A stretch of DNA of 63,941 nt, the filler included, from Vannella sp. (Eukaryota), in assembly GCA_023345925.1 (NCBI GenBank). It is 7 parts of 7 records of this genome, joined end to end, with 100 filler letters (N's around TTAATTAATTAA, not from the genome) between each part and the next. Parts side by side here need not be neighbours in the genome. Positions count along the whole stretch, not along the records: positions 33,476 to 39,884 come from JAJQQN010001222.1; positions 39,985 to 61,790 come from JAJQQN010000011.1; 5 more parts are not named here. One strand, written 5' to 3'. The notes below the pieces were generated by a model. The model searched no databases, was not told the DNA's origin, and saw only the letters and a list, made by a program, of their open reading frames with translations. This document shows positions 34,937-45,079 of this stretch, piece by piece. Position 1 is the first letter of the stretch; every line of letters starts with the position of its first letter. A program made the translations under genes and the position numbers.

Positions 34937-36614
34937 TTATGAGCGGCCCGGCTTCAAGCGATCAACATAGTGATTCGCCAGTGTGACGGTGACAAGGGGA
35001 AGGGTTCCGTGGCGTTTCGCGATTTTGAGTAGTTTTTGGACCTTCGGGAGCTGGTTTGGTTGTTCTACAAGGTTTTCGAGGACTTTGTGAAAAAGAGTTG
35101 GTGGCCACAGAGCTTTTGGAGAGTCCAAAAGGCGGAGAGCCAGAGCGGTCTCGTCGTGAAGAGTCAAAACCTCCACAAACAAAGGGGCCAGTTTTGGGGT
35201 GCATCGGCGCTTGGGAGTGAGCCGCGTGTCAGAATTATAGAGGATGGGCATCATCGCCAGAAGAAGAGGGCGACTGGCACTGATATCTGGGGAGCGAGAA
35301 AGTGCATTGAGATAGCCAGTGAGCACTTGAGCCTCTTTTTGAGGGCAGGACTCTAGCAAGCGGTGGAAAAGAGCAGAGAGCTCATCCATATGCCCTGACG
35401 TGGAAAGAACATCCATTTTCACCAAGTCAGTTAGAATACTGTTTTGTTGGGAAGCACTCAGCGCCAATTCGTGCTGCCCCTTTTGAGTACAACTGGCTAT
35501 GAAGATATCCTGGTAACTATCTGGTACCTCTTGAAGGCTACAGTGGGAAAGAGCGACCTCGGGGTGACCAGATTGGCACATCAGCAAGAATCGGGTTTGG
35601 TTGATGAGTGCCTTTTCAGTCACAATCTGGCACTTGTCGACCAAATAGGCGAACCAATCACGATCTGGCATCAATGCTACCATGTGGAGGAGGCCTTGTG
35701 AGGAGGTCCGGGATAAAGTCACTTCCTGGAGGAGTGCGCGGTCCACTGTGGCTCGGACATGAGTGTAGTGCCGTTGGCGAATGTGGTAGTCAAGGTAGAT
35801 ACTCCATGCGTTGTTACGGACCTCCCCTTTGTCGATCTTCGGGACCCAGCGCTCAAAGAGAGCCTCCAATTCGAAGGTTTCCGTCGAAAGACGAGCCAAT
35901 TGAAGCGCTCTGATCACAGAGAACGGCAAAGACACTCTTTCACAGCGCTCAGCAGCTTCTAGAGCAACTTCCATTGGTAGGAACTTGCTTTGGAGCACTT
36001 GGAGAGCAGACTTGATCAAAGGACCGGTGGCTTGCTTGTGAAAGAGGCTCCGTTCTTGCAGAACTGGCAATAGAGCAACGATAGTACTATTCTTGGTACT
36101 TGTTAGGAGGCAGAACGCGTTGAAGAGGCTTTGGTAACGAGTTAGAGCGTGTGGCGATCATCAAAAGGTCTTCTACTCACCAAGAAGAGGACAAAGCTTC
36201 TAGAGGGAGGCGCTCCAAGAGGAGAGAGACTTCTTTATCTCTCTTCCCGTCTATACAAGCCTGTAGAAGTGCCTGGACACTCTCGTGGACGGAGGGATCC
36301 GCAGAGTGAGCCGATTGGTAGTGGGTTTTGATCGATTGCAGCAGAGAGGAGGGAGGAGTGTTGTTTGGGCTCTTTGCTACTTGTAGTATCTGTTCCGATA
36401 AACCACTAAGGTCCTGAATGAGGATCCCTTGCTGCTTCTCTTGTGGTAATAGCGGTTCAAGCAGTGGAGAACTGCTCTTACTGCGAGTGTACCGCAGAGA
36501 CATTGCTCTCTCCTCTTGTAAAGCCTGATAAACCGATCTCCAACTACTTCTTTGAGAGCCAGAGCTTCCTACCCGCAAAGGAATGAACGCCGCGCTCCAT
36601 CCCCTTCGGAGCAT
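34937..36614 (-). CDS. Hypothetical alpha-helical (possibly PPR/TPR-like) protein, possible mitochondrial presequence
   Basis: Two ORFs joined in frame by a GTGAGT..CTAAC..AAG intron; Arg/Ser-rich acid-free N-terminus MLRRGWSAAFIPLRVGSS; Leu-rich body; 3' end uncertain. Confidence 0.6.
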
Positions 36615-36723
36615 CACGAAATGGCCTTTGGAGCGCTGGTAAGTTGGTCAGGTAGACCTGTGTGACGTTTATGAACTAATACACAGTCCATGGGAGTGTG
36701 GAGGGGACGTAGAGAGCGAGAAC

Positions 36724-37980
36724 TTAGAGCTGATCCTCTCGTCTGCGTGATGGCTTGGCCTGGTAGTGATTCGTCCATTCGCAAACGGTGCGATAGAACA
36801 GCTTGTAGTCTGTGAAGCTGCTCCAGTTGCTCGCCTGGAAGCTCACGCGCTCCAGGACAGCTCCTTCATCGGTCAGCTGGATCGTCCATGAAGCCAAGGG
36901 GATCCCAGCGCCCAGGAGAGAGTGAGACTTGTGGGCCAGCTCCATTACAGCGCTGACCTCCGGAACATTGGTCCCAATGACGATCTTCCCTTCCACACGA
37001 GTGATGGGGAGACCTGATTGCCCCAGATCGTATCGTAGCGCTGCAATGGGGCCTTTGTTGTACCATCGTGTGTGAGTGGAGCCATTCTCGATGGTGCATG
37101 AGAAGGGAGAGACGTCAAAGTACATCGAATGATCCACTGGGGTCCCTGATGCCACAGGAGGGAGCACTTGGAGGACCACAGAGAGCGTCTTGACGCTCTT
37201 GTCCTTCTCTTCGTCGTTTCGGAAGGGTAACATCGTCACCACATGGAAGCGGGGAGCTCCGTAGTGGAGGGGAATCACCTCTTGAAGGGCTTTGTGAGGC
37301 AGTGGGATCTCTTGGAAGGCCCAGTCTCCTCCGCTTTCAATGTTCTTGAAGAAGAAGATGCCCATTCCGCCCTCCACGTTGGCGTTCTTCACGACGATGT
37401 TGCTCCCTTCCAGACTCCCGATGGCGGAGAGCTTCTTCCCTCGTGCTGTGTTGAGGAAGGTGACTTGATCTTCCAGCAGGAAGGTGCTCTTGGTCGTGGG
37501 GCTAGCTGCATGAGCAACGAGGATGTATCCATTCAACCAGGAGATCAGCCAGTGAGAGGAGTGCTCCAGCTGCTCCCGGAACTCTGCTGGGGCTCCCAGG
37601 AGGCCTAAGAGACCGCTCTTGGAGATAGCTGCGAAGAGACACATCATGGGGAAGGCTGCAAGCACGAAGACAACGTACATCGGGCGAGAGATCAGCCACC
37701 ACGAGAGCGGCAGACCGGTCCAGGGCAATGTGATGTGCTTCAAACGTATGCGAAGAGATTGGTGCAGCGGTTGACTGTTGTGATCCATCGTGTTCCACAG
37801 CTGGAACACAGCAGCAAGCGAAAACAAGTTCACCTTGGCCTGTTCGTCGTTCTTGAAGGACGGGCACTCCGCAAGGCGACCTCCCTTCATAAAGAAAAGC
37901 ACTGCTCGATAGTATTCTATCAAAGCAGCGACCGCCAGGATGGTCCCCACCACCGCCCTCCTCACCACACTGATGAGCAT
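36724..37980 (-). CDS. Membrane-anchored ATP-grasp-like protein (possibly degenerate)
   Basis: Intronless ORF of about 418 aa; N-terminal hydrophobic helices; VVKNANVEGGMGIFFFKN...GGDWAFQE resembles the ATP-grasp K/Gly-loop/QE motifs. Confidence 0.55.
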   Translation of the reverse strand: MLISVVRRAVVGTILAVAALIEYYRAVLFFMKGGRLAECPSFKNDEQAKVNLFSLAAVFQLWNTMDHNSQPLHQSLRIRLKHITLPWTGLPLSWWLISRPMYVVFVLAAFPMMCLFAAISKSGLLGLLGAPAEFREQLEHSSHWLISWLNGYILVAHAASPTTKSTFLLEDQVTFLNTARGKKLSAIGSLEGSNIVVKNANVEGGMGIFFFKNIESGGDWAFQEIPLPHKALQEVIPLHYGAPRFHVVTMLPFRNDEEKDKSVKTLSVVLQVLPPVASGTPVDHSMYFDVSPFSCTIENGSTHTRWYNKGPIAALRYDLGQSGLPITRVEGKIVIGTNVPEVSAVMELAHKSHSLLGAGIPLASWTIQLTDEGAVLERVSFQASNWSSFTDYKLFYRTVCEWTNHYQAKPSRRREDQL

Positions 37981-38366
37981 CCCAACGAATAATGACCAAA
38001 ACCTTGAAAATTTGACAGTTCGAGGACGCAAACTCTTCAAAAAGGTGTTGTCCCAACCAGATCTTGCTTTGGACTGGAAGCGGACTCCACTTCTGGCATC
38101 AAGTCCTCTATTGAACGGTACTCTCTCATTCAGCTTCCTGCCTGGAATCCACCGCCATCATGGGCGAAGGAACATTCCTCTCTCATTCAGGTACCAACCG
38201 AGAACAAAGTTGATCAGAACCTTCTTTGGTGCTGCTGCTGCTGCTGATGGTTTTCTCCATTTACAATGTTGTAAGTATAGTGGCCCAATGCTGGTGGGGC
38301 TGGTGGGGGGCTCAGCCAAAAATGGTCTGCCGACGACCACTTCTTCCATTTCCCTTTTACTTGGCC

Positions 38367-39884
38367 ATGCTGTCTCGGTTGCTTGTTTTCCCTTGCCTAC
38401 TCCTCCTTGTCTTTGGCTTGCTCCGTCAGAATCAGAAGGATTCTCTTCTAGCCCTTTACAGCTCCACTGGGGGTCCCTTCTGGACTAACCGTGCCAACTG
38501 GAACAACGCCACAGACCCTTGCACAGCACCTTGGTTTGGTGTGACCTGCGATGCTCAGAAGGAGCAAGTCATTTGGCTCCACCTTACTTCAAATAACTTG
38601 AGGGGTTCTCTCCCTGACTTGAAACTTCCTGCACTCACAGGTTTGTAAGTCCTCTTCCTCGTGATACAGAAGGGATTGGCTTCACCAAAGCGCAGGAGTC
38701 AATTCAGTCAGGGTTACATCTGATCGATGGGACACCACTCATTGAATGATTACAGGTTCTTGTATTCCAACCAGATCAGTGGGCCTCTGCCAGAATGGCC
38801 GAATCTGGGCAGCCTGTCAAACATGTGAGTCTTAATGTCAATTGCATGAATACCGCTCATTCAGTGATGCCAGGTACTTGCTAAACAATCAGATCAGTGG
38901 TACTCTGCCAGAATGGTCGAATCTGACCAGCCTGTATAGAATGTGAGTCCATCCAGTACTCTTGAAAGAATGGAGACCGAGCTATTGTGGGGACATGGGT
39001 ACCACAGGCATGAAAGAACACTCATTGATTGGTTGCAGGTGGTTGGACAACAACCAGATCAGCGGGACTCTGCCAATATGGGCAAATCTGCCGAGCTTGT
39101 CTTACATGTGAGTCCGTTCGGTTCCCTCGAAACAAACGAAGACCGTACCATTGGGTGCCCTTGAGCACTACAAACAAGCTGTACCACTCATTGACTGGGT
39201 TGCAGACACTTAGACAACAACCAGATCGGAGGAACACTTCCATACTGGAGAAGTTTGGTCTTACTTCATTATGTTACAATGAGAAGCAACCGTCTTTGTG
39301 GGGAACTGCCAGACCCCCTTCCGAAAAGCTATCCCATCGATCTCTTCAACCAGACTTTTAATTGCTCCGTCCTCCCGCCTGGTTACTCGTCAAGCAACGC
39401 GATGTGTGACCCAACTGCGGGGGTCTGCGCCACTTTGACAAGCTCAGCAACGGCAACAACCTCCATGTCCGCTTCACCCAGTCAAACTCCAACTGGGTCT
39501 GAAACTTCGGCAAGTGTCAGTGAAAGCAGAAGTGCTTCCGCTTCTTTTTCTTCTAGCAGAAGTTCCAGTTGCTCAGTAACACCATCGGTTAATTCACCAC
39601 ATCAAGCACTCCATCTCTCAGCACCAGCCCAACTTCTTCGCCAACACCCTCTCCAAGTGACAGTGAAAGCACATCGAGCTCTCCGAGTGCTTGTGGAAGT
39701 GTATCAGCAGCTGCTTCTTCCAGCGCAAGCTCCAGTGAGTCAGCAACCACTTCTTCGAGTGGATCAAAGTGGGATTATCCTGGTCGTTGGAAACAGAGCG
39801 ATCAACGTAGGAAGCGACCAAAGTGGGATTATCCTGGTCGGTCAAGTCGGGAGGGACAAAGAGCGCTCCCACCCCCAGGACTGA
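38367..39884 (+). CDS. Secreted/surface LRR protein: signal peptide, LRRNT cap, single-LRR exons, Ser/Thr stalk (runs to contig edge; apparent frameshift near 39590)
   Basis: LLALYSSTGG..W..DPC..WFGVTC cap; LxxNQISGTLP repeats in exons 38756-38824, 38874-38942, 39039-39107, 39206 onward. Confidence 0.88.
39765..39840 (+). repeat. 22-bp direct repeat (period 54)
   Basis: CAAAGTGGGATTATCCTGGTCG at 39765-39786 and 39819-39840. Confidence 0.9.
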
Positions 39885-39984
39885 NNNNNNNNNNNNNNNN
39901 NNNNNNNNNNNNNNNNNNNNNNNNNNNNTTAATTAATTAANNNNNNNNNNNNNNNNNNNNNNNNNNNNNNNNNNNNNNNNNNNN
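39885..39984. other. Artificial contig spacer
   Basis: N-run/TTAATTAATTAA/N-run. Confidence 0.99.
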
Positions 39985-40927
39985 GGTGAGAGATGAAGTG
40001 GATCCCGTTCGTCCAAGATGATGTCTTGGTGAGGCACTGTTCCAAACAGTCAGTTCCACTTCTCAAAGCCCTCTTGGACCAACATGAGAAGTCTTCTTGG
40101 CCTTGCTCTAGGCTCACTTTGATGATACACACCTCAGAGAGGGAAGAAAGAGAGAGAAACTGTTCAAACAGATCTCAAAGTCCACCGTGGTGGTGTACGC
40201 CACTTCCAGTCTGGTTCGAGAGTACCTCCATACGGTTACTGTGTGTCTTGTAGCGATAGCAAAGTGGAAGCCACTCGGACAAACCGCCACTCGCCGGATG
40301 TTCCGGTCCAAGGGCAGCTCAATGTAATGAAACCCCTTTTCCTGCCGTTTGATGAGCTCTGCTGGTGAATTCTCTATCCCTGGCTCTATAGGCGTCTTTG
40401 CCTCCTCGTGCTCTCCATAGATCAGGTCCAGAGCGACGATCTCCCCGGCAGAGTCACGCTGAGGAACACAAGAGATTGCTACAGAGGGAGAGCGCCAGTC
40501 CAAGTAGATACGAGTCATACTCTTGTAGAGGGGGTTCTTCTCTAGTGATATGATCCAGTCTGTGGTGTTGAGGTAGTGCAGAGAGCGAGAGAGCGTGACC
40601 ATCGCAAAGTCGGAGACTTTAAGGACCCCAGAAGGCTCGTCTGGCGCAATACGGTACAACTCGATCCTCTCTTGAAGCTACAGGTCAGTCATTAGAATGA
40701 GAAAGAGGGAGGGCCTCACCAGAAACAGTGGGAACGAGGAAAGACTCGTCATCGACAGGAGCAGCCGTGATGGGATGGGGAATGGGCAGTGCCGTGGGTT
40801 CAGGCTCGAAGAGCTGAAAAGGCAAGATTCGAACAGACATCTCTGCCTCCTGCTCCACCACCACCCACTCATCTTCCGACGAGATGCCCCCAACCGGCTC
40901 CGCCTTCCTGGCTGCCCGGCTCCACAT
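39985..40927 (-). CDS. HPS3: HPS3 (BLOC-2 subunit)-like protein, 5' part (truncated by contig edge)
   Basis: LHYLNTTDWIISLEK...TRIYLDWR and YIELPL..IRRVAVCP resemble recalled HPS3 N-terminal LAYSEAGDYLVAIEEK...LRAYVNWR and IIEMPL; start may instead be MSVRILPF (40840). Confidence 0.62.
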
Positions 40928-40980
40928 AATAATGACTCGATTATAGCCACGGTGGAAGAGTGATGTTTCATTCAATACGA

Positions 40981-43900
40981 TTAGTGACGGGGCAAGGAGA
41001 AGGAGAGGAATCCGTTTGTGGATGATCGCAGAAGGTTGAACTCTGAATTGTCGTGTTCGTTGATATCGGTGCGGAACAATTTCAAGTCCATTCGGAAGAG
41101 ACCCCCTTCGAGCACTTTGGCGAATTTTAGGAGACCGGAAGCTTCCACCTTGTGGCAATGAGAAACATCGAGTTCTCTCAGCTCAACACACTTCCCCATC
41201 ACTTCCTCGACGGCCTCATACACAAGGTTTTGGCAACTCCGTAGCTTCAAGACTTCCAGGTGTCGCAATTCAGTCAGGGGAGTCAGTTTGCACAAGAGCT
41301 GATTACAGGAGAGATCTAGATACTGCAATTGAGGGAGATTGGTTGCGATGACCCTCAACACATCGTCAGTGAGTAGGGGACACGCAATCGCAACAAGCTT
41401 GGTGATGTCCCTACTGTTCTTAAAGAGGGATTCCAAATGAACGTGCGAAAGTTGTTTGTTCTCTGACACATCCAAAGAGCGAAGTTTGGAGCCCCCGAAC
41501 AAAGCCAAAGAGCTAGCCAAATCAGTGCGAGTCAGACTCAAATCTTTCAATGTGGGGAAAGAAATGTTCTGCTGAGTTGCCTCGGTCAACTTCTCTTCGA
41601 GGGCCACCTTTGTGATACCGAAACACTCCAACTCAGAAGTGTTTCTCAAGATGTCGATTAAACAATCAATCTCCATCTCCATGTTCTTTCGACCAAATTG
41701 AAGCTCTGTGAGTTGTGGGTTCAGTTGTGAGAGCTCCTTGATATTCTGTCCAGTGATGTTAGTTACTCCCCTTAAGTCGAGATGAGTTAACTCTTTCTTT
41801 CTACTCTTCAAGAAACACAACAACGGCGCGACATCGATATTCCCACATCCTTGTGCAACCAAGACTTTCAAATTCTGACAGGCAGGAGTTGAGTCAAAAG
41901 AGTCAAAAGAAATCTGAGAGCATTTCTCTGTGCGCAAAGTAGACAGTGCTGGATAATGTGCCAGAAATGATAGAGATTTGATTGATAGGCCAGATACGTC
42001 TAACACCTCAAGCTTCAGGCATCGAAGTCCATTGAGATGCTCCCCCGTCACTCCCTCACAGTACGCGAGACATAAGGTTTCCAGTTTCGGAAAGTGACTA
42101 TCGGATTGGGAGGGAAGGAATTGCAGAAATTGTCCAACTTCTCGACATTTGCTGATATCCAGAAACAAGAGCTCCTGGCAACTCAAAAGGTCCTCAAAGC
42201 CACAACGAGTTATCTTCTGGCAACCAGCAACGCTGAGCGAGCGTAGAGTCTTAGAATGATTGGTAACGACCCTCAAGCAATCATTATCAAACTTACTGCA
42301 ACCACTGAAATCCAAAAAAGTTAGTCCTTCGCCAACGTTGAGAATGGTTTGGATTTCAAATGCTGGCAAATCGCTGCCGGTTAGCTGAATCTCTTTCATA
42401 CCAAACACATTGATCATATGCGCCAGAACCTCTTTTGAGACTAATTGTCGGTACGAATCCAGGCAAAGGCGCTGCCGTTCTTGCCTACCGCCTTTGGCCA
42501 ACTCAAAAGCCACTGCCAGGTCTCGGTTGCTGATATTCGTTTCTGCAAGTGGTTTCAGCTTGCATAGCCTTTCATCAACTACAATCTGTTGGAGGGCCTC
42601 CCGAAATTTTTCAGCGGCTGAGTCGTATTTGCCGAAATCCCAACTTCGTCGAGCGCACTCGAGGAGATGGTATCCCCATTGGATCTGATTGTTTCTGATC
42701 AAGTCCACATTAGCATCCAGATGCTTGCAGATAGCTTCATAACAGCAGCTCAGGAGATCGTCGCGCCTCAAGGAGGGTTTGATTTCCTTGACCAGCTCGG
42801 CTACCTTAACAATCTCTTTAAGGTTCTTAGCCATTTTCAATCTGCTGAAAGCCAGCTCATAGATCTCCAAATTTTTGTTCCTATCCTTTTGGCGCTCGGC
42901 ATACTTCAGGAGGAATCTAGCGAAGTCGTTCAAAGTTGAAACACTGTCTGGGGTTGCTTTGATGGCCAACTCGTACTTTTCACGAGCCATTCGGAAAAGC
43001 CTTTCTGAATCTCGCCCCATCTGCAGAGATGCGAATGCCAACGCGCGGGCCTCTGCCAGAGTAACAATATTCATGTACTTGACCCGAGCGGAGATTTTTC
43101 GGATGTCGGACTGCACCAGCTGAAAGGTACCAATGTCTTTTTCGAGATCTCGTTGGGCCTCCTCGGTCAAAATCACTCCAGTTAGTTGTTGGACTCGCCA
43201 AAAGAGTGCTAGCAATTCAGGTCCTTTCAACTGGAGGGGGCCATACTTTTCTTCGTATGTCAATGCGCGGTCTCCAAACTGAGACAGAATCCTCTTCTTG
43301 ATTTCTGACCAAAAGTCGATTCTTCCTGGAGAATCATTCCCAAGTACCAGATTAAGGAAGCAAAGAGCAGTGCTTTTGAACCTCTCTTCGTTGGGTTCTT
43401 CCAATTCTACAGAAATTTTACGCATTTGGTCTCGCATGTAGTTTTTGATTACCCGAGCGCAAATTTCATTGAAAATGCCTGGCTTCAGGTTGTCAGGTGC
43501 GTAAGAGCGGACATGTCCCAAGTATCGGACATTGATCCCAGCACGATGAAGCTCTTCTGTGATGCCATCAAGCTCGAAACCGCCCGCTTTGCCAGAGAGT
43601 TCTTTCTCAGTTTCTTCGAGTGATGCCATCAAGCTCGAAACCGCCCGCTTTGCCATAGGATTCGATGGAAAGTGAAGAGGGAGGTCATGTTTGCAGAAAG
43701 AGGGAATGACTTCGCCAAGGAGGTAGTTTGTCGCTTCTTTGATCTCACCGTTGTGTTCCTTCTGATTGTGCCGCCCAAAATGACTGTATCCGTCGGAGGA
43801 GAGAGGAATCTTGTAGTTCTTGACGAACTCGGGGCGGAAGAGTTTGTAAAGATAGGTTTTTCCCGTCTCATCGTTCTCTGCGGTGGGAGGATAAACTCGA

Positions 43901-44919
43901 GCCAAGTCGATTACATAGAATCGTCCATCCATTCCTTCGTGGCCCTCAATATCAACAGGGCCGAATAATTTGGTGCTGTTGTCTCCTACTATGTGACATT
44001 TGATGTTGAGCTCCTTCCCAGCCTCCTCCATTAGCTCACATAATTTTGGATTGCTATTAAACACTGTCCTTCCGGCATTACTGCTGCCATATTGAAGGGT
44101 ATTAGACCGGATAGGTAGACGCGCCTCAGCAACCACACGGTGTCCTCGATAGTCGATAATGGCCATTAGGGGGACTCTCAGCTGCGGAAATTGGGCGTAA
44201 CGCATGGCTGTCTTCATGGAGTGTCCCGCTGCCTTCATAGCGAACTCGTCGCCCTTGTAAATCTTGGAAACTGACCAGTCCCGAGCAAACTTGAAGATAA
44301 TACCATGGTAAATGAACTTCTCTCCTCCAGCTTGTCCACCGATTGGATAAGGTTTGAGAGAAGGATTTTTAAACTTCTCACTCGAGTTCTCACCAATAAT
44401 GATCTTGGCGAACTTCTTGGCGGTGTGAACGAAGTTAGTACTGAGCACACACAATGCGCGGTACTTTTGAAGGCTCTCTTCGTCTGTCTCCTCTTTCATA
44501 TCCAAGCACTGTTGAAAGGAAGTGTTCCAATCAACGGCAGATCCCTCGGTCTGGAAGCTTTCGGTTGGATTGCGGGTGTTCGATGTGGTTCCTGAGAGAG
44601 GCTGAGGAGTTAGCTCTTGGCGTTGTTCAAGGGGGACCACAGGCTCCTGCTCGAAGGGGGCCCCGGCAGGCACAGCCTGGTTTGTTGGCTCTTGTTGAGG
44701 TGAAGGCAAAGAAGCAATGTTAACCCCAACGGGAGCCTTAGGAGTTAGCTCTTGGCTTTGTTCAAGGGGGACCACAGGCTCCTGCTCGAAGGCCCCCTCA
44801 GGCACAGCCTGGTTCGTTGACTCTTGTTGTTGAGGGGAGGGCAAAGAATCAAGGTTCAACCCAACGGGAGGCTGAGGGGACTCGCCAGGGGGAGAATTAC
44901 TCCCCAAAGGTGATCTCAT
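40981..44919 (-). CDS. Clu-domain + helical + LRR protein, paralog 1
   Basis: GGQAGGEK, VPLMAIIDYRG, DIEGH.G.DGRFYVIDLAR, LFRPEFV, LHRAGINVRYLG; C-terminal Cys-containing LRRs; intronless; first ATG at 44919. Confidence 0.88.
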   Translation of the reverse strand: MRSPLGSNSPPGESPQPPVGLNLDSLPSPQQQESTNQAVPEGAFEQEPVVPLEQSQELTPKAPVGVNIASLPSPQQEPTNQAVPAGAPFEQEPVVPLEQRQELTPQPLSGTTSNTRNPTESFQTEGSAVDWNTSFQQCLDMKEETDEESLQKYRALCVLSTNFVHTAKKFAKIIIGENSSEKFKNPSLKPYPIGGQAGGEKFIYHGIIFKFARDWSVSKIYKGDEFAMKAAGHSMKTAMRYAQFPQLRVPLMAIIDYRGHRVVAEARLPIRSNTLQYGSSNAGRTVFNSNPKLCELMEEAGKELNIKCHIVGDNSTKLFGPVDIEGHEGMDGRFYVIDLARVYPPTAENDETGKTYLYKLFRPEFVKNYKIPLSSDGYSHFGRHNQKEHNGEIKEATNYLLGEVIPSFCKHDLPLHFPSNPMAKRAVSSLMASLEETEKELSGKAGGFELDGITEELHRAGINVRYLGHVRSYAPDNLKPGIFNEICARVIKNYMRDQMRKISVELEEPNEERFKSTALCFLNLVLGNDSPGRIDFWSEIKKRILSQFGDRALTYEEKYGPLQLKGPELLALFWRVQQLTGVILTEEAQRDLEKDIGTFQLVQSDIRKISARVKYMNIVTLAEARALAFASLQMGRDSERLFRMAREKYELAIKATPDSVSTLNDFARFLLKYAERQKDRNKNLEIYELAFSRLKMAKNLKEIVKVAELVKEIKPSLRRDDLLSCCYEAICKHLDANVDLIRNNQIQWGYHLLECARRSWDFGKYDSAAEKFREALQQIVVDERLCKLKPLAETNISNRDLAVAFELAKGGRQERQRLCLDSYRQLVSKEVLAHMINVFGMKEIQLTGSDLPAFEIQTILNVGEGLTFLDFSGCSKFDNDCLRVVTNHSKTLRSLSVAGCQKITRCGFEDLLSCQELLFLDISKCREVGQFLQFLPSQSDSHFPKLETLCLAYCEGVTGEHLNGLRCLKLEVLDVSGLSIKSLSFLAHYPALSTLRTEKCSQISFDSFDSTPACQNLKVLVAQGCGNIDVAPLLCFLKSRKKELTHLDLRGVTNITGQNIKELSQLNPQLTELQFGRKNMEMEIDCLIDILRNTSELECFGITKVALEEKLTEATQQNISFPTLKDLSLTRTDLASSLALFGGSKLRSLDVSENKQLSHVHLESLFKNSRDITKLVAIACPLLTDDVLRVIATNLPQLQYLDLSCNQLLCKLTPLTELRHLEVLKLRSCQNLVYEAVEEVMGKCVELRELDVSHCHKVEASGLLKFAKVLEGGLFRMDLKLFRTDINEHDNSEFNLLRSSTNGFLSFSLPRH
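43559..43655. repeat. Perfect 36-bp direct repeat, period 61
   Basis: GTGATGCCATCAAGCTCGAAACCGCCCGCTTTGCCA at 43559-43594 and 43620-43655. Confidence 0.95.
44605..44870 (-). repeat. Two tandem ~135-nt (45-aa) units in the N-terminus of paralog 1
   Basis: PVGLNLDSLPSPQQ..NQAVP..FEQEPVVPLEQ.QELTP twice. Confidence 0.92.
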
Positions 44920-45079
44920 GGAGGAGGAGGAGGGAGAATGGGAAACAAGAATTTCTCTTTCTTGCTTCCCAAACGAAAAAGAGTCCAATTTTGAGTTGAT
45001 CTTTCAGCATCTAATTATTGATGAAGGGAATTTGATGATCTGACCATTCGGCTTCTCTCTTCTGGTGTTGGTGTTGGTG

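Noticed and set aside
38756..39260. Regularly spaced repeats resembling a CRISPR array
   Set aside because: The repeats are coding LRR exons bounded by GT-AG sites; eukaryotic context and no cas genes
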